Origin: Chara braunii
Taxonomy: Eukaryota > Plantae > Charophyceae
Reading direction: 5' to 3'
Length of the DNA: 63,559 bases
Assembly (NCBI GenBank): GCA_003427395.1
Contig: BFEA01000021.1
Coordinates: forward strand, 3,542,532-3,606,090
In this document: positions 38,739 to 51,700 of the stretch, piece by piece
How positions within the stretch are numbered: the stretch's first letter is position 1
How the letters are laid out: every line of letters starts with the position of its first letter
The notes under the pieces: generated by a model
What the model was told of the DNA's origin: nothing
Databases searched by the model: none
Seen by the model: the letters and a program-made list of their open reading frames with translations, nothing else
Position numbers and translations under genes: made by a program

Positions 38739-38834
38739 TGGCTGTCTGCACGTTTGACTCATTTTGTAGTTCTTTTTCCTTCCTTATTTTTCTTTTCTTT
38801 GAGAACACAATTTCTTGCTGTAGCAATGGGCCTA

Positions 38835-38943
38835 CCTTCTTCCCCCGAATACAACGTACGTACGGTCATTATAGCTGTATCTAGACTGAAAGATACGTCA
38901 AATACAGCTATAACGACCGTACGTTGTATTCGGGGGAAGAAGG
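38835..38943. mobile_element. Tc1/mariner (pogo/Tc2-like) MITE
   Basis: TA-CCTTCTTCCCCCGAATACAACG...CGTTGTATTCGGGGGAAGAAGG-TA. Confidence 0.8.
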
Positions 38944-39129
38944 TAGCTCAGTTGGTACACCCCTGAACTGTCCAAATGCAGACCTGAGTACGAATCTATA
39001 TATGATGGAACTACCGGTGGTTGAGTGGAACTACCGGTAGTAGTTGAGTGAATTTCTGAATTGCCTGGGGCCGTCGCCCTTTCAAAAACGAAAAGGAAAG
39101 AAACGGAATATTTTTTTATTCTCGTTTTG

Positions 39130-39163
39130 AATTTGGACCATCTTTCCATTTGTATGCGTGTCA
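39130..39163 (-). pseudogene. U6: Short 3'-end U6 retro-fragment
   Basis: Reverse complement TGACACGCATACAAATGGAAAGATGGTCCAAATT. T-rich tail at 39111-39128. AACGGA repeated on both sides. Confidence 0.6.
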
Positions 39164-39360
39164 ACGGAGACCGTCAGGGATCTGTGCTTGGTCGGAGTGC
39201 CTTGCTCAGCACACCGACCCCGGTCAGTGATGGAAGGGACGCTGGGCCCCTTTTTGTTTGTTTGTTTTTGTTTCTTTTTTTCGGTGGGCCCGTTTCCCAG
39301 CATGGATTGAATACGAACGAATAAAAAAAGAGAAAGGAAAAAAGAAGTCAGGACGACCTT

Positions 39361-39527
39361 GGGCGTGGGCCCACTAGCAAAGACGATCGGATCGTATGTA
39401 TGAATCTGGACGTGTTTGTGGAAACTTGCAGGAAATCGAGATTGAACTGCTTTTCTGCATCTCTGCATACAACCGTCCACATTCAGGCATTCGATCCGAT
39501 CCTCTTTTGCTAATGGGACCTTGGCCC
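39361..39527. mobile_element. Long-hairpin MITE, copy 2
   Basis: Homologous to 38571-38738. Confidence 0.75.
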
Positions 39528-39566
<39 letters not shown>

Positions 39567-40637
39567 TTAACAAAAAGTGCAGGTTGTTTTAGAGGCTGGA
39601 TTATAGAGATATGAGAGATTCACCTTCAGCACTTGACCATGTGGTAGAGGCCTCCTAATCCTATGGGACTCCCTCCCAACCTACCGCTTTGGTAATTTCT
39701 CCCCGCGCACTCCTACTCCCCCACTACCCTACCTTAGTGTCTACCACTTAGTATCATCACTCTCCAACCTGGGGGTGACCTGACCGAACTGTGATTGTAG
39801 GTACCAGGGCTTAGCAGAGTCCCACATACCCCACTCAGCCCCGATCGAAGCATAGTTGAGCGAGCCTTGTCGCCCAGGTACTTCATGTGCTAGGTACAGA
39901 CGCTTCGCTACAAGTCCCATAGGTGGACCTTATTTTTGCGTTCCTATAGTTGTGTACACAGCTGTTGCTACTGTTGTTCGTTGTTAGGTTGTTCGCTGTG
40001 CACACTGTTGTCATTGGGCCTCGCTGCACTACTCCCTAAATGTGCAAAACGAGAGTGAATATTCCGCTAGAATATGGAAAGATACACGGCCATGATTTTT
40101 GTCTTTTGCGCATGTCAAGAGTAGTCCAGGGAGGCCCATTATTGTTGTTGGTTGCGAGCCATTTTTTGTACGAGTGTGGGAAGCAGGTAATCTATCCTAC
40201 CGGCCATAGCCCCCTCCTAAGTCTCATCTCCTCGACTGTTCGCGTTATAAGTCTACGGCCCTCCTACTTAACCCCTCCCCTGCGTAGTGGCTGACCCCCC
40301 CAAGATCCCCAACTACAACGGAATCCCACCTGATTCGTCCCCCCCCCAAACCTAACGGACCATAGCCCCCTCCTACTAAGTCTCATCTCCTCAACTCTTC
40401 GCGTTATAAGTCTACGGTCCTCCTAGGAGACTGCGGTCCTTGAGTTGGACATTTCAGAATCGAAAAGGCGTGGGAGACCGAGGAGGCTGCGTTCCTTGAT
40501 TTATTGACCCTTGTTGTTACAGGTTCAGGGTTCAAGGCTTCAGAGGGTACCGAGCGTTTTCCAGGTCAAGGTTACTATTTGGGGAGTATGATTCCTGAGT
40601 AGAGAAGACCCAGAGTCTCAACCCTGATTAGTCATTG

Positions 40638-41789
40638 TTTTTTTTTTTTTTTTTTTTTTATAAAGAAAAAGCCCAGGTTGTAGAGGCAGGATACTAGACC
40701 AATGACAGTTATCCACAGTACTCGGCCACTTGGTTGTCCAACTGAACCCCTCTTGAAGACCCCACCCACCCTTCCTCATATCATTTTCTACCCTGTCGCA
40801 CCCCTACCCCCCCTGTCTTGCCCTAGTGTTAACCACCCGGGACCATCACCCATTGCCATATATTGGAAGGATGACCTGACCAGACAACGGTTGCAGGCAC
40901 CCGGTCTAGGCGGGTAGATCTACCCTCCCTGCTCAGCCCTGGTTGAAGCAGACGCCGTACAAGCCCAATTGCACGGGGACTTTGGGAGCTAGGTATGAAC
41001 TTTTTACTACTACAGGTCTTCATGAGGTTGCACAGTATTTCATCGTAGTATGCTTGAGTGTATGGGAACATCTATGTTGGAAAGTAGAGAGCCGAGAATC
41101 CTCTGTTCCTACTATGCAGCTTTCCGCCCGATTAGCGTACTAGGAGGATAGCCAACCTCCAATTTGTGAGTCATCAGCTGTATCAGGTATATATCAAGGT
41201 ATGTATAGCCAGTATTAGAAGCTAGAGAGTCGGAGATCCTCTGTTCCTACTATGCAGCTGTCCGCCCTATTAGCGTACTAGGAGGATAACCAACCCCCAA
41301 ATCGTGAATTATTGGCCGTTCAAGACGTGTGTGTATGAACCCTGGAAATGTATGAACCTTTGATCATTGTTGGCCCTGTGTGTTATGTAAATCTGGTATC
41401 GAACACAGGACCTTAAGTGAGTCGTGTGATTGACCAAACCCATTGATCTATAGAATAAGATGGTATGAAACTGTGCTCTGCCGGGCTCGAGTAAACCGGA
41501 CTGTGCAAACCACCCAGCAGTCCCAAGACAACCCCGCAGACCAAGAACATCAGGTTACCCACCATTTTGCCCAATCCCCGCATACAACAACCATGGACTA
41601 ACCCCTGGGTGGTGCGCAGGCAGTGTCTGTAATAGTACCATGCGTCATCCCAGGGGTGTGTGTGTCCAGCCGTGCGTCATTCTAATGCCCTGCCGGTGTC
41701 CATGCGCAAGGCTGCAGAGTTTTGAACCTGCAACCTTATACCACAAGGCGCATTTCCAACCGGTGCTCTAACCACTGAGCTACATCAAC
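40638..41789 (-). mobile_element. tRNA-derived SINE-like element
   Basis: Minus-strand head TAGCTCAGTGGTTAGAGC (A box)...GGTTCAAAAC (B box-like) at ~41715-41789. Poly(A) appears as the T-run at 40638-40659. Internal ~72-bp duplication at 41085/41224. Continuity of head and tail is inferred. Confidence 0.55.
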
Positions 41790-41816
41790 TGGAGCCCTTG
41801 GTTGTCAGATTGACTA

Positions 41817-41926
41817 CCGTCTTCACCCGAATACAATGTACAACTATTGTAGCTGTATTCGGGGTAGCATTGAGTCTATATACAGGACAGGAATAATGAC
41901 CGTATGTTGTATTCGGGTGAAGACGG
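41817..41926. mobile_element. Tc1/mariner MITE, same family as 38835
   Basis: TA-CCGTCTTCACCCGAATACAA...TTGTATTCGGGTGAAGACGG-TA. Confidence 0.8.
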
Positions 41927-42230
41927 TAGTTCTGACTATAATTGAACCCCAGAATACTCGGGTAGCCAGGTGTATCAGCAGAGCTCAGACCTCTGCGGGC
42001 TACCACCACCTGGCGGTACATGGCCATTCTTAAATCACCAGTACCTTGGCCAGCCACAAAAAAAGCCGCGGCCATTAACGCGCCGTGACTTCAGGACGTC
42101 TGCAAGTCAAAGTACCGGTCGGGCCTCGTTTTCTTTCTAAAATAAAAAACAAACCAAAAAAAAAGAAAAAAAAAGATACCACTTAGGAAAAAAAAGAGAA
42201 ACTACGAAATCGGATTCTGATTGAAGGGCG

Positions 42231-42287
<57 letters not shown>

Positions 42288-42621
42288 TCGTACTTTATAA
42301 GAGCGCACTGATTCAAGGCATAATAGACCCATTACACCGAATATACGTCAAATATACGATTGTTCTCATGATGCACCGCGTCAATATGAGGGTATTTTAT
42401 AACAATTACTACTTTCGTGCTAATCATGAGATATCTAGCACGTGGTCAAACTGACGAATTGTGTACTCTATGCTTTGTAAATGCTTGTTTTTTAGAGACA
42501 ACAAAAAAAACCTTAAATAAGGAAAATCATAACACATCACTTACTCTTTTACTACCTACAACTCTAACTCAACATTTATGTTGCGCTCCATATCGTTTTC
42601 GTGGTCCAATATACATAAGAT

Positions 42622-43365
42622 TAGGGTTGCCGGCATTCGGGTTCAGTCGAACTCCCGAATCTGAACCTGCCGAACGTTCGGCCCCCCTTGGGGATGCGTT
42701 CGGCCGTTCGGGCCGAACGCAGACCTGAAAAAAATAAAAATAAAAAAATCTAAAAATTCCAAAGTATATGAAAAATAAATATGTTATGCAGAAAAATCAA
42801 ACGAGCAACATTTGCCTCAGCATTACATCAGAAGTACTTACCAAATGTGAAATAGAAATAAAATACGAGAAAATAAATAAATAAGAAGAAATAAATAGAT
42901 ACTTAAAATTAGTGAGTGGGCGAGCACGTTTTCGACACTGCCATCTTTGGCAATTTTTCATTTTTTCTTGGGACAACCAAATGCGCTGAAAATTTACAGA
43001 TGTGTATTTCACATAATATAAAGCTCATAAAAAATTTCAAAAAATAATAAAATATTTGAGGCACAAAAATAAAAGCAAAACAAAAAGTGAAAATTGAAGT
43101 AAAAAAAAAACTTGTGTGGCCAAGCACGTTTTGACACCGCCATCTTTGGCAATTTTTCATTGTTTTTTGGCTAGGCAAAATGCCTTGAAACTTCATATGC
43201 ATGTAGCGTATGTTGTACAAAATTCGCCAAAAAAATGTCAACAAAAAACAATAATTTGTAGGCCCTGAAATAATTTTTGGTGGGGGCCGAAGCCCTTCAG
43301 GTTCGAACGCCCGAACGTTAGGGTGTCAGCCCAGAGGGCCTGGAACGTTCGTCCTGGTAACCATG
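42622..43365. mobile_element. Non-autonomous hAT element
   Basis: TAGGGTTGCC...CTGGTAACCATG termini. Degenerate 8-bp TSD CATAAGAT/AATAGGAT. CCGAAC subterminal repeats. Internal duplication at 42924/43124. Confidence 0.7.
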
Positions 43366-44370
43366 AATAGGATTATGAAACATTTTCCCATCACATGTCT
43401 GCAGATTAACTGTTATGTACCTACAATCAACAATAGCATACCAATTTGAGGTTGATCACATCGACTGTCTCGGGATTATTGTGCATCTTATGACAAAGGT
43501 ACACATGCTATACAAAAAATCAAAGATATTTTTTTATTGCAATACCGTTGTGTGCCCATATTCGTGTAACATTCGTGAAAAATGAGATAGAAAAGGAAAA
43601 GCGAAAAATTCGATTTTTTATGTTATTCAACCTATTCTATAACTTATTCTATATTAATGGTTTGTAGTAATTTTGTACTATATAGTAAGGGTCGGTAGGT
43701 GCATACAACTTTCAGGCTTAACACATTGATTGTGTTGAAAATAATATGCACCTATCGACCAAGCCAGATGTCATAAAAAATAATCATAAAATATTTTTTC
43801 TCTTAAGATATGTTCGTATACACATTTATGATCATGTCTTTGTGAGATAGATAAAAAAAATAGGAAAAAAACTAAAGATAAAAATACGAAGATAAGTTTT
43901 TTTTTTCCAAAAAATTACGACGAACGCAGGGTTAATAGGTGCATACCCCTTAGAGGTTTAACACATTTGTTGTCTTGAAAATAATATGCATCTACATACC
44001 ATAGCAAATTGAACATTATGGGAAAACTCCAAACCGGACACTTCATTATAAATGTTCATGAGTTCTATATGTGTGCTATATAGTGATCAGTATGACACCG
44101 CCACACGAAAGGCCGTACGAATCCGTGTTTGTACGCTACTCGTACATGAGGGACCCCGTACATTTTATTTTTCTTTTGTTCTCTTGTGTCCATGCACCTT
44201 GTATACCAGAAATCGAAAAAAAAAAAGTTTTCCAAGGCCAGCAATGACGCGTGCGTACCTTTTTCTCTTTTTATTGTCCACATCAAGAAACACTCGTCAT
44301 TTTCACATATTTTATTGGTGAGCAGTGCAGGAAGGCATATACACACTACACATAGTAGGTTCACACCACG

Positions 44371-44449
<79 letters not shown>

Positions 44450-46439
44450 GGGGGCTTGATTGAGGTGCACGTCCACTGCAGAACGCCATGGAGGTGTGAC
44501 GGACTCGCTCGGATGGCGGTCCTTCAGGATCAAGAAGAAGGGATGAGGATGAGGGAGATGGAGATGGAGTAGGAAGGGACGACACAACTCCAACGCATAC
44601 TTAACAGCGAAGTGGTCGGTGACGTCGATGACCTTCTTCCTCCTCCTCCGGCTGAAGAATGAGGCTGAAACAGACCGCAGTTGGGGTATACCCCCAGCGC
44701 ACTGACTGGACTGAACTGGACTGACCTGTTATCGATAGTGGTACCGGGCAAGACCTGACTGGGCTGAATGTGCGCACGACCTGTGGGGTCAAGCCACGAA
44801 CTAGTTCCTCGAATCGAACAGACAAAATAGTCAAATAGCCCTGGCTCTAGGCTAGGGCAACTAGAGGCACCTTGCACGATCTTCAAACCTATGGTGGATC
44901 GTGAAAGTCATCAACACGCTTTCGCAAAAGCAGCGGAACTCTGCAACAATGAGACTGAAAAATCTAGGATGCGGAGTCCATGCGATGCACCCTAAGCTAC
45001 ATAATGCCAGAGCAAAAGCAAATGTCTGATATAGACATCATAACTAACAACAGGAAATGAAATGTAGCAGGGTACAATCCTAAGGTCGTGGAGGCAATTG
45101 CCTCAGTGCTGAAAGGAAAAAATAGTAATATGTCACAATGTAATGTCGTGTCGTTGAACCACTAAGAGTGGGATGGTCTAAGAGGGGATGAATGCAGCCA
45201 AATAATCAAAACTTATAAGGGCAGTCACACATGAAGGCGGGGTAGGTCATCAGGCTCAAGGTGAGGGAGTGGTAATGAAGCAAAACCAATGACATTAACA
45301 GATAGATCATCAAGGCGGGTAATGCTCGACAAAAGGTTGACACCATTTAGGGTCGATCATGAAAGGGAATTCTAAAATAGGGTGAAGATACGCCTAACTG
45401 AAGGCATGCAATGACCGACACTAGGGTGATGAGGGTAGTGGGTGAGGGAAACATGCACACAACGCATCAACTTAGGAAGGAGCTAGGTCTAGGAGTAGGG
45501 AAACCAAGATAACGCTACGATCTCAATGTCTATGCGATACCAAAGGAGCGTCCAACTCCGGGAGAACCAGCTAAGTGAGAACCATCATGTGACACATACA
45601 AAGGAATGCACAAGGTAGGGTGGTGGCGTGGCGTAATCACGTCCAAAGTTGCTGAAGCCGATAAGGTAGCCGAAGTCGTCGAAGTGGTCGATGACGTCAA
45701 TGAAGTAAGAGTCGAGTCGATGTCGAGGCAGAGCCACAAAACACTAATATCTTGAAGAAGTTGATGGTGGAGTACCTGAAAGTGTAAGTCATTAGGAAGA
45801 TATAAGGTGATCAGAGTGTCAGTCGTCGAAATGCCGAGGGCGTCGATGAGTGTGCTGTGGACGCGCGGAGGCGTTCATCTGCTGCTTAAGAACGGTCTCA
45901 GAGGTCGCGGGTTCGTCCTCAGCAATCTCCTCAGGCGGAGGAGGTGGAAGAGGATCAGTCGACTGAGTAGGAGCAGATGTCTCAGCACGATGAGCATGAT
46001 CATATGCAGGCACGAACATCTGGGTGTGCTCCAAACGCTCGAGGGGTTCCCAAGTGACCTCCTCATTAGGATACTAGCCCTTCCAACGCACAAGGTACTC
46101 GATGCGTGGAGGGGGATCATCAGTAACTCAGCAAGATACGATGTCGAAAACGATGAACTCCTCATGACCGTCCACCATAATGATAGGTGGAAGGCGCTCA
46201 TAAGGACGTCCGACAAAGTGCTCGGACGGTCTGCGATAAGGTTGTATCTTTTCTTGCTGATAAGGAAAATTTGGAAACTTATTTGGTATTTATCTCTCTC
46301 TTGTGGATCTTGTCACCGCCCCCGCCAATTTTGCATTTTTTCGAAGGTATCCTTGGGACTGAACAGAGAACCCCAATTTCACCTTGGCGGTTCAATCCCC
46401 TGCCTAAAATCCTTGGCCACGCCCCACCTACTCTGACCG

Positions 46440-46700
46440 GCGTTGATAGGTACTTAACGCTACATGAGGTTGCGTTTCACAGGCCACCGTGATGCAGTGG
46501 AGGAACAAATGGGGCAATGTTTCCTCCTGCGTGTTACAAGTAGGACAAGTGCTCTACTTGTAGCGGCTCCTTGCTGCCAGCCACTGCAGTGTGGGCACGA
46601 CAATGTGTACTATGAACCACAACAGACCCGCCTGTCTCTGTTCTTGTGGGGAGTGCAGTATTGCCCAGTAGGTCCTCCATTGGTGATCTGCCCATGACGC
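46440..46700 (-). mobile_element. LINE ORF2 3' fragment (zf-RVT)
   Basis: Minus frame VVPTLQWLAAR..STCPTCNTQEETLPHLFLHC is a CCHC zf-RVT motif. Confidence 0.65.
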
Positions 46701-47250
46701 CATTTCCTGGCCCACCTTGTCCTACCTGGGCAACTGAGCTACTACCCGTAGGTGCTGCGCCTTGGTGGTGGCCTGATGCAAGGTATGTTTCCGGATGAGG
46801 CGGTGCTGAGGTGGCAACTCCCAACTCCGGGGGTCCAACAAAAGCTGTGTTGGTGTTGCTATTCCGTATGGTCGTAGTGGCACAGGCCGCCTTCTTCCCT
46901 CCTCCTTCCCTTATTCTGAAGCACAGCGACCGAGTACCTGTTGGAGCGGCTCCCCCAAGGTATATACCTGGAGCATAATTGTGCCATCCACCAGGTACCT
47001 GTCGTTGTTATGCTGCAAATGGTGCCATCCATCAGGTATCTGCCGGAGCGGCTGCCCCAAGGTATATACCTGGATCCGCTCCCCCAGGTTGTGGTCCCGG
47101 TGGTTACCAGCCACGGCTGGCCGCGGTGTCCCCCCTGCCTATCACCTGCCTTGATCCGGTACACCATCACGGGTTCCGATAACCCTCGCCTTGCCACTCA
47201 CTCCCCCTTCATGCCCGCATTTTTTTTTCTTTTCTTTTCTTTTGTGCAGG

Positions 47251-47766
47251 GCCGACCTAGCTCAGTTGGTTAGGCATGCAAGTGGCATTCAGGAGGTTGT
47301 GGGTTCAAGCCCCATGGCCGCCTGCAGCGCACTTAGTGTCAACGGACCGTGATAGTCCTCTGGATACCCGTGATCGGTATTAGCGGGGTCTATGACCAAC
47401 ACGGGTGTGAGTGTGAGCGCGAGTGGGTTGTGTGTGGTGTGTGGGAGAGTGTTGGCCATAGCCTCTGTTGCTACTCGATGAAGGGTGGGGGACGATGAGA
47501 AAGGGAGGCACAACTACTGGCAGGTCTCGGTCTTTGTGTAAGCCAGACCTCCACTGGCGGCCCTGGCGGCCCCAACCCTATACCCTAACCATTAGGGGCA
47601 AGGGGCAACATGAAATCTCCCCTTCACAAAGAGAGGAAAACTATGCTTGTAGGTAGTCTTCGGAGTAGGAAGTGGAAGGTAAAAACAAACAGAAGTTGAG
47701 AGAAGAATATAGACAATTGTGATCACCCCATAAAAAAATAAAATAAAATAAAATAAAATAAATAAA
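47251..47766 (+). mobile_element. tRNA-derived SINE
   Basis: Head GCCGACC-TAGCTCAGTTGGTTAG...GTGGGTTCAAGCCCCAT (A/B boxes, T-arm). (AAAAT)n tail at ~47731-47766. Confidence 0.75.
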
Positions 47767-47797
47767 CTTCTCTGTATCGTTCTTTTAACAGATGTCC
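47767..47797 (-). pseudogene. U6: U6 5'-half fragment abutting the SINE tail
   Basis: CTTCTCTGTATCGTTC...TTTTAACAGATGTCC is the reverse complement of U6 GGACATC.GTTAAAA..GAACGATACAGAGAAG. Confidence 0.7.
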
Positions 47798-48790
47798 TGA
47801 GGTGAGGTGGGGAAAGTGATGTTTGGGTCGCAGTGACGGGCGCTCGGTAGCGCTCCGCAGTGCGCCGTCGACGGTGGGACCGTCGACACTCTCTCGTCAT
47901 TCCCCTGCAATCTCTGTAAGGGAATGAGTCAACCACCACCTCGCGTCGACCTGTTGACGCCAACCATAGCCAAGCGCTTGGGACGTAAAGGAGTCATTGG
48001 AGAGTCCTTTGGACCATCACAACATCATGTGAACGATGTGAATCGACGAGCGCCTCGGCGCCCATCCGAGAGTTAACAGAAGAAGTCGGAGGGCGTATAC
48101 CCGAAGTAGGGTTGGTAAGACGGGAAGAGGACGCAATGGAGACTGCTGAGGAGTATCATTTAAAAAGTCTTGGGAGAGATAACAGGTGGCGAACCGAGAT
48201 GAATAAATAGTATATCTTGTCGTTTCATGAGGAACATGCCACCTGCCACCTTGGTGAGGGATGGGTAAGAAAACCTGTATGGGGAAAGCGAGGAACTGTC
48301 TTCTGACCAACGAACCTGCGGGGAGGAACTTTCGGCGACCCGGGCGGGGGGAGGCTAAGTTATGTACCTCCTGAAGGAAGACGACTTTAGTCTTCGACGA
48401 CTTGGAAGTGGAGTTACAGCGAGTCAGGCGTCAACAATAAGGAAAGGGCAACAGGCGTGGGAGACCAATGAACCTATGGTATAATCTCTTCCACACATCT
48501 CGCTGTCTGGTATGACACACTGTCTATGCTCGGTAACTTGAGGCTGTGATAGGTTGTCTATCGTTTCTGTCGAAGGAATAGTCGCCTTGATGATTGTTAG
48601 CCTTTAATCTAGTGAGTTTTGCCGAAATTAAAAGGACGCTAGATTCCGGAATTGGCAACTGGTTTTTTGTGCGAAGGGTCATGGTGTAAGTCCTTGAACG
48701 ATAGGGTACGGTCCTGGGTAGGTATTCATCCGCTGTGTAAGTTAAAACGGATTGATTTCCTACTTATTTGGTAGAGTACGTAAACATAAG

Positions 48791-51700
48791 ATGAATTCGT
48801 CTTCCGACCCGGAGGAGGAGCGTATCAGGGAGATGATTCAAAAGTGTATTGAGGACGGAATCTTCCTAGAAGGGTTAGATCACGGGACGTGTGTGGTGGA
48901 GGGTCTGACAACAAAAATCACGCTCAATTCAAGAGTGGATAACGTAGTGGTGAAGTGGCTGAAAGAAAGAACAGTTGTCGTCATCTTTCAAGGGGACTTG
49001 AAGGAACTACCAAATAAGATAAAGAAAATGCTAATTCGTATTTATGAGGATGGGTGGTACACTAACCCTAACGTCAACCCTTCGCTGGAACGTGGTAGGG
49101 TTAAATTCGAGGGTGCTAATGTGTTTTCATATGTGGCCACAACAAATGATATTGCCGAATTTATGATCCAAAAAGGATCCGACACAATTGTGTTCAGAGA
49201 TCCTAACACTCAAGGTAACTCTGACACCCGCTATCCGGTTCAATTCTGAAAGTGGTCCACTAAGAAAGAACTGGACGATCTCCGGGTCCAGGAGGCAGCG
49301 GAAAAGTTCTGGGTAATGACCATAAGGGTGTCGTTGCGTGCTATGTTTCACTTGCACTGGCGGTAGAAAACTCCATGGCCAAGATTATCAAAACGTATCC
49401 ACCCCAGAAGGATAATCACTTCCCCCGTCTGATGAACATCAAATTTGACCTTGCCCCTGTGGCAAGGCAGATGTGGAAGGAAAAGTTGGAATTTCAAAAA
49501 AATGGGGAAGTGTTCAAATTGGAATTTGTCTCCCAGGCCACAGATTGGTGTAAGAAATGTAAATGGTTTCATCATACAGAGGATAGTACGGCCTGTCCGC
49601 GCCATCCCCAACATTACGCGCACACACAAGGCACTACATCAGCAGCAAACTCAGGGAGAAATGCACCAACAGGTCAGAGACCCCGACCAGCACCGGTCCC
49701 CTCCCAGGCCGCACCTGCCTCGTCTCCATCCATGAAAGGCTTATACCCGGCGCTTCCACAGCAGCACACACAAGTACCAACGCCGGCACCATCAGGGTCT
49801 AATTCCGAAAATTGTCCGAATCCCGGGAACTATACTGGGCATCCGCATGTATCTATGGCAGGTTTATCTCATGGCCCGTTTCCAGCGCATGCCACAGTAC
49901 AACAGGGTTACATGTCATACGGTTTCCCAAAAGGACCTGCAGGAGGGCAATCCGGTTTTCCGCCCTTTATGGTCCCTGAATTCGGGTTACAGATGGGTCC
50001 GGGCTTATTTAATGGGAAATTCGCTATGTCGGGACCGATAATGGGTGGGGGGTCTCCATCCTTTAGCAGCAGCAGGAACAACCCAATTTTTGAACCGGAA
50101 CCGCCCCCCCCCGGAGTCTCATCCGCCCAGGGTCAGAACACAGTCCATCCACTTATGCAAACATCGACTGCAGCCACTAAACAGCCCTCCACCTCCAGAA
50201 CAAAAGAAGGACAAAACAGTGGGGGAGGCAGCCAAACCCCGACATTCCAAGAAGGGGCGGACCAACAAGAGTCGTCACGTGACCTAGGTGGAACCAAGGC
50301 GCCGGAAAACGCAGCCGCCAAGATTTTGCCGCAGCAGAACGCCACTAGAGAGAATGTATCTGGTGGGGGACAGGGAGAGGAAGACATTCAAGGCCCTTTA
50401 GAACACCTCTCATTAAGAGGATCTAAATACCCAACGAAACAACGACACACTTGTCAGGCAGGCATATTGGAGGAGAAATCCTCCAGATCGTATGATTTCT
50501 CATATGGGGAGTCTTCGGCCTCCTCCATCCTCCCTGCCTCAGAAATCCTATGGAAGTTGAACCAAGAACAAGGAAAGGAGCCTAGTACGGAGAACAGGAC
50601 TGGTATGTCTTCCATTCCAAAGGAGCACGCCAATTCATCCAAAAGGATTGTGTCTGTCATTTGTGTTCCAGACACACAGGGGTCTCTAGTCTTGTGCTTT
50701 GATATGGGAGACAGAAGCATGGGGATGGCCTCCTTCTCGACAGAGGTACCACCGAATAATGACCTAATTTTGGATTGCGTCAAAAGGTTGCTGAAAAATA
50801 GGTTCCCGTGCCGTATTGTCCCTAACGTTACAATGGGGAGAGCAGTGCGGCAGTTCCCGGCCGGTGTCTGTCACCGGTTGTATGTGCCATTTGTGGACTT
50901 GCGCCTGCCCCCAGATGCTTACCTGGTGTTGGAGAGTGAAGGAGTGGTATGGGTTCCAGGCAGATGGTTCGATAAGACTGATAATCCAAACCTGGCAAGC
51001 ATCCACCCGGTTGATGGTCTGTCTGCAGATTTCGATAGGAATTTGTCATCACTCTTTTTCCGAGATAGCCTGACCTCTCCTTGGTCTACACCTCGGGAAT
51101 CGTCTGGCACAGGCAGGAGGAGGAGGAAAACCCCAGCAGCCGCGAGGGGCTCTGGTCGAATCCATAAACATGCCGACCAGGCCCACCAAACATGAACCGG
51201 CTACGATTCATCTCATGGAATGTGAGGGCACTAGGTGATAGGAATGGTAGGGAGAAACGAGGGCGCCTTAAATCTTGGATTCACTCACAAAAAACACAAA
51301 TTATCTGTCTGCAAGAAACGAAGTTGGACTCATAAAAGATAGCAAAGTTGGGCAGATGGTGGAAGGGTCCGCCGCAGCTGTGGGCACCAGCAGATGGAAC
51401 AAAGGGGGGAACGACAATTTTGGTCCATCGTGACCTGGATTTTGAGTGGGTGGACGAATGCATAGGCAATTGGGGGCGATGGGTTTGAGTCAAAGGTATT
51501 ATAGTGGATGAATCTTGGGCAGTGATGTGTGTCTACGCTCCGTCTGACAGAAGTGAGCAACTATCGTTCTTAATGGAACTCAAAAAAGTGATTCCAGACG
51601 TGGATAATCTTATCCTGGCCGGAGACTGGAATACAGTCTTGAACCCGGGGATAAATTCTCCGACAGCGAAACCAATTCGCACGGACGCAAAAATTTTAAT

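Noticed and set aside
42305-44328. CACTG-type CACTA element enclosing the hAT insertion
   Set aside because: The terminal match is only 5-6 bp and there is no TSD.
47251-47322. Genuine tRNA gene (also 41705-41789)
   Set aside because: The acceptor and anticodon arms pair poorly, there is no T-run terminator, and the sequence continues into a tailed body: a SINE head.
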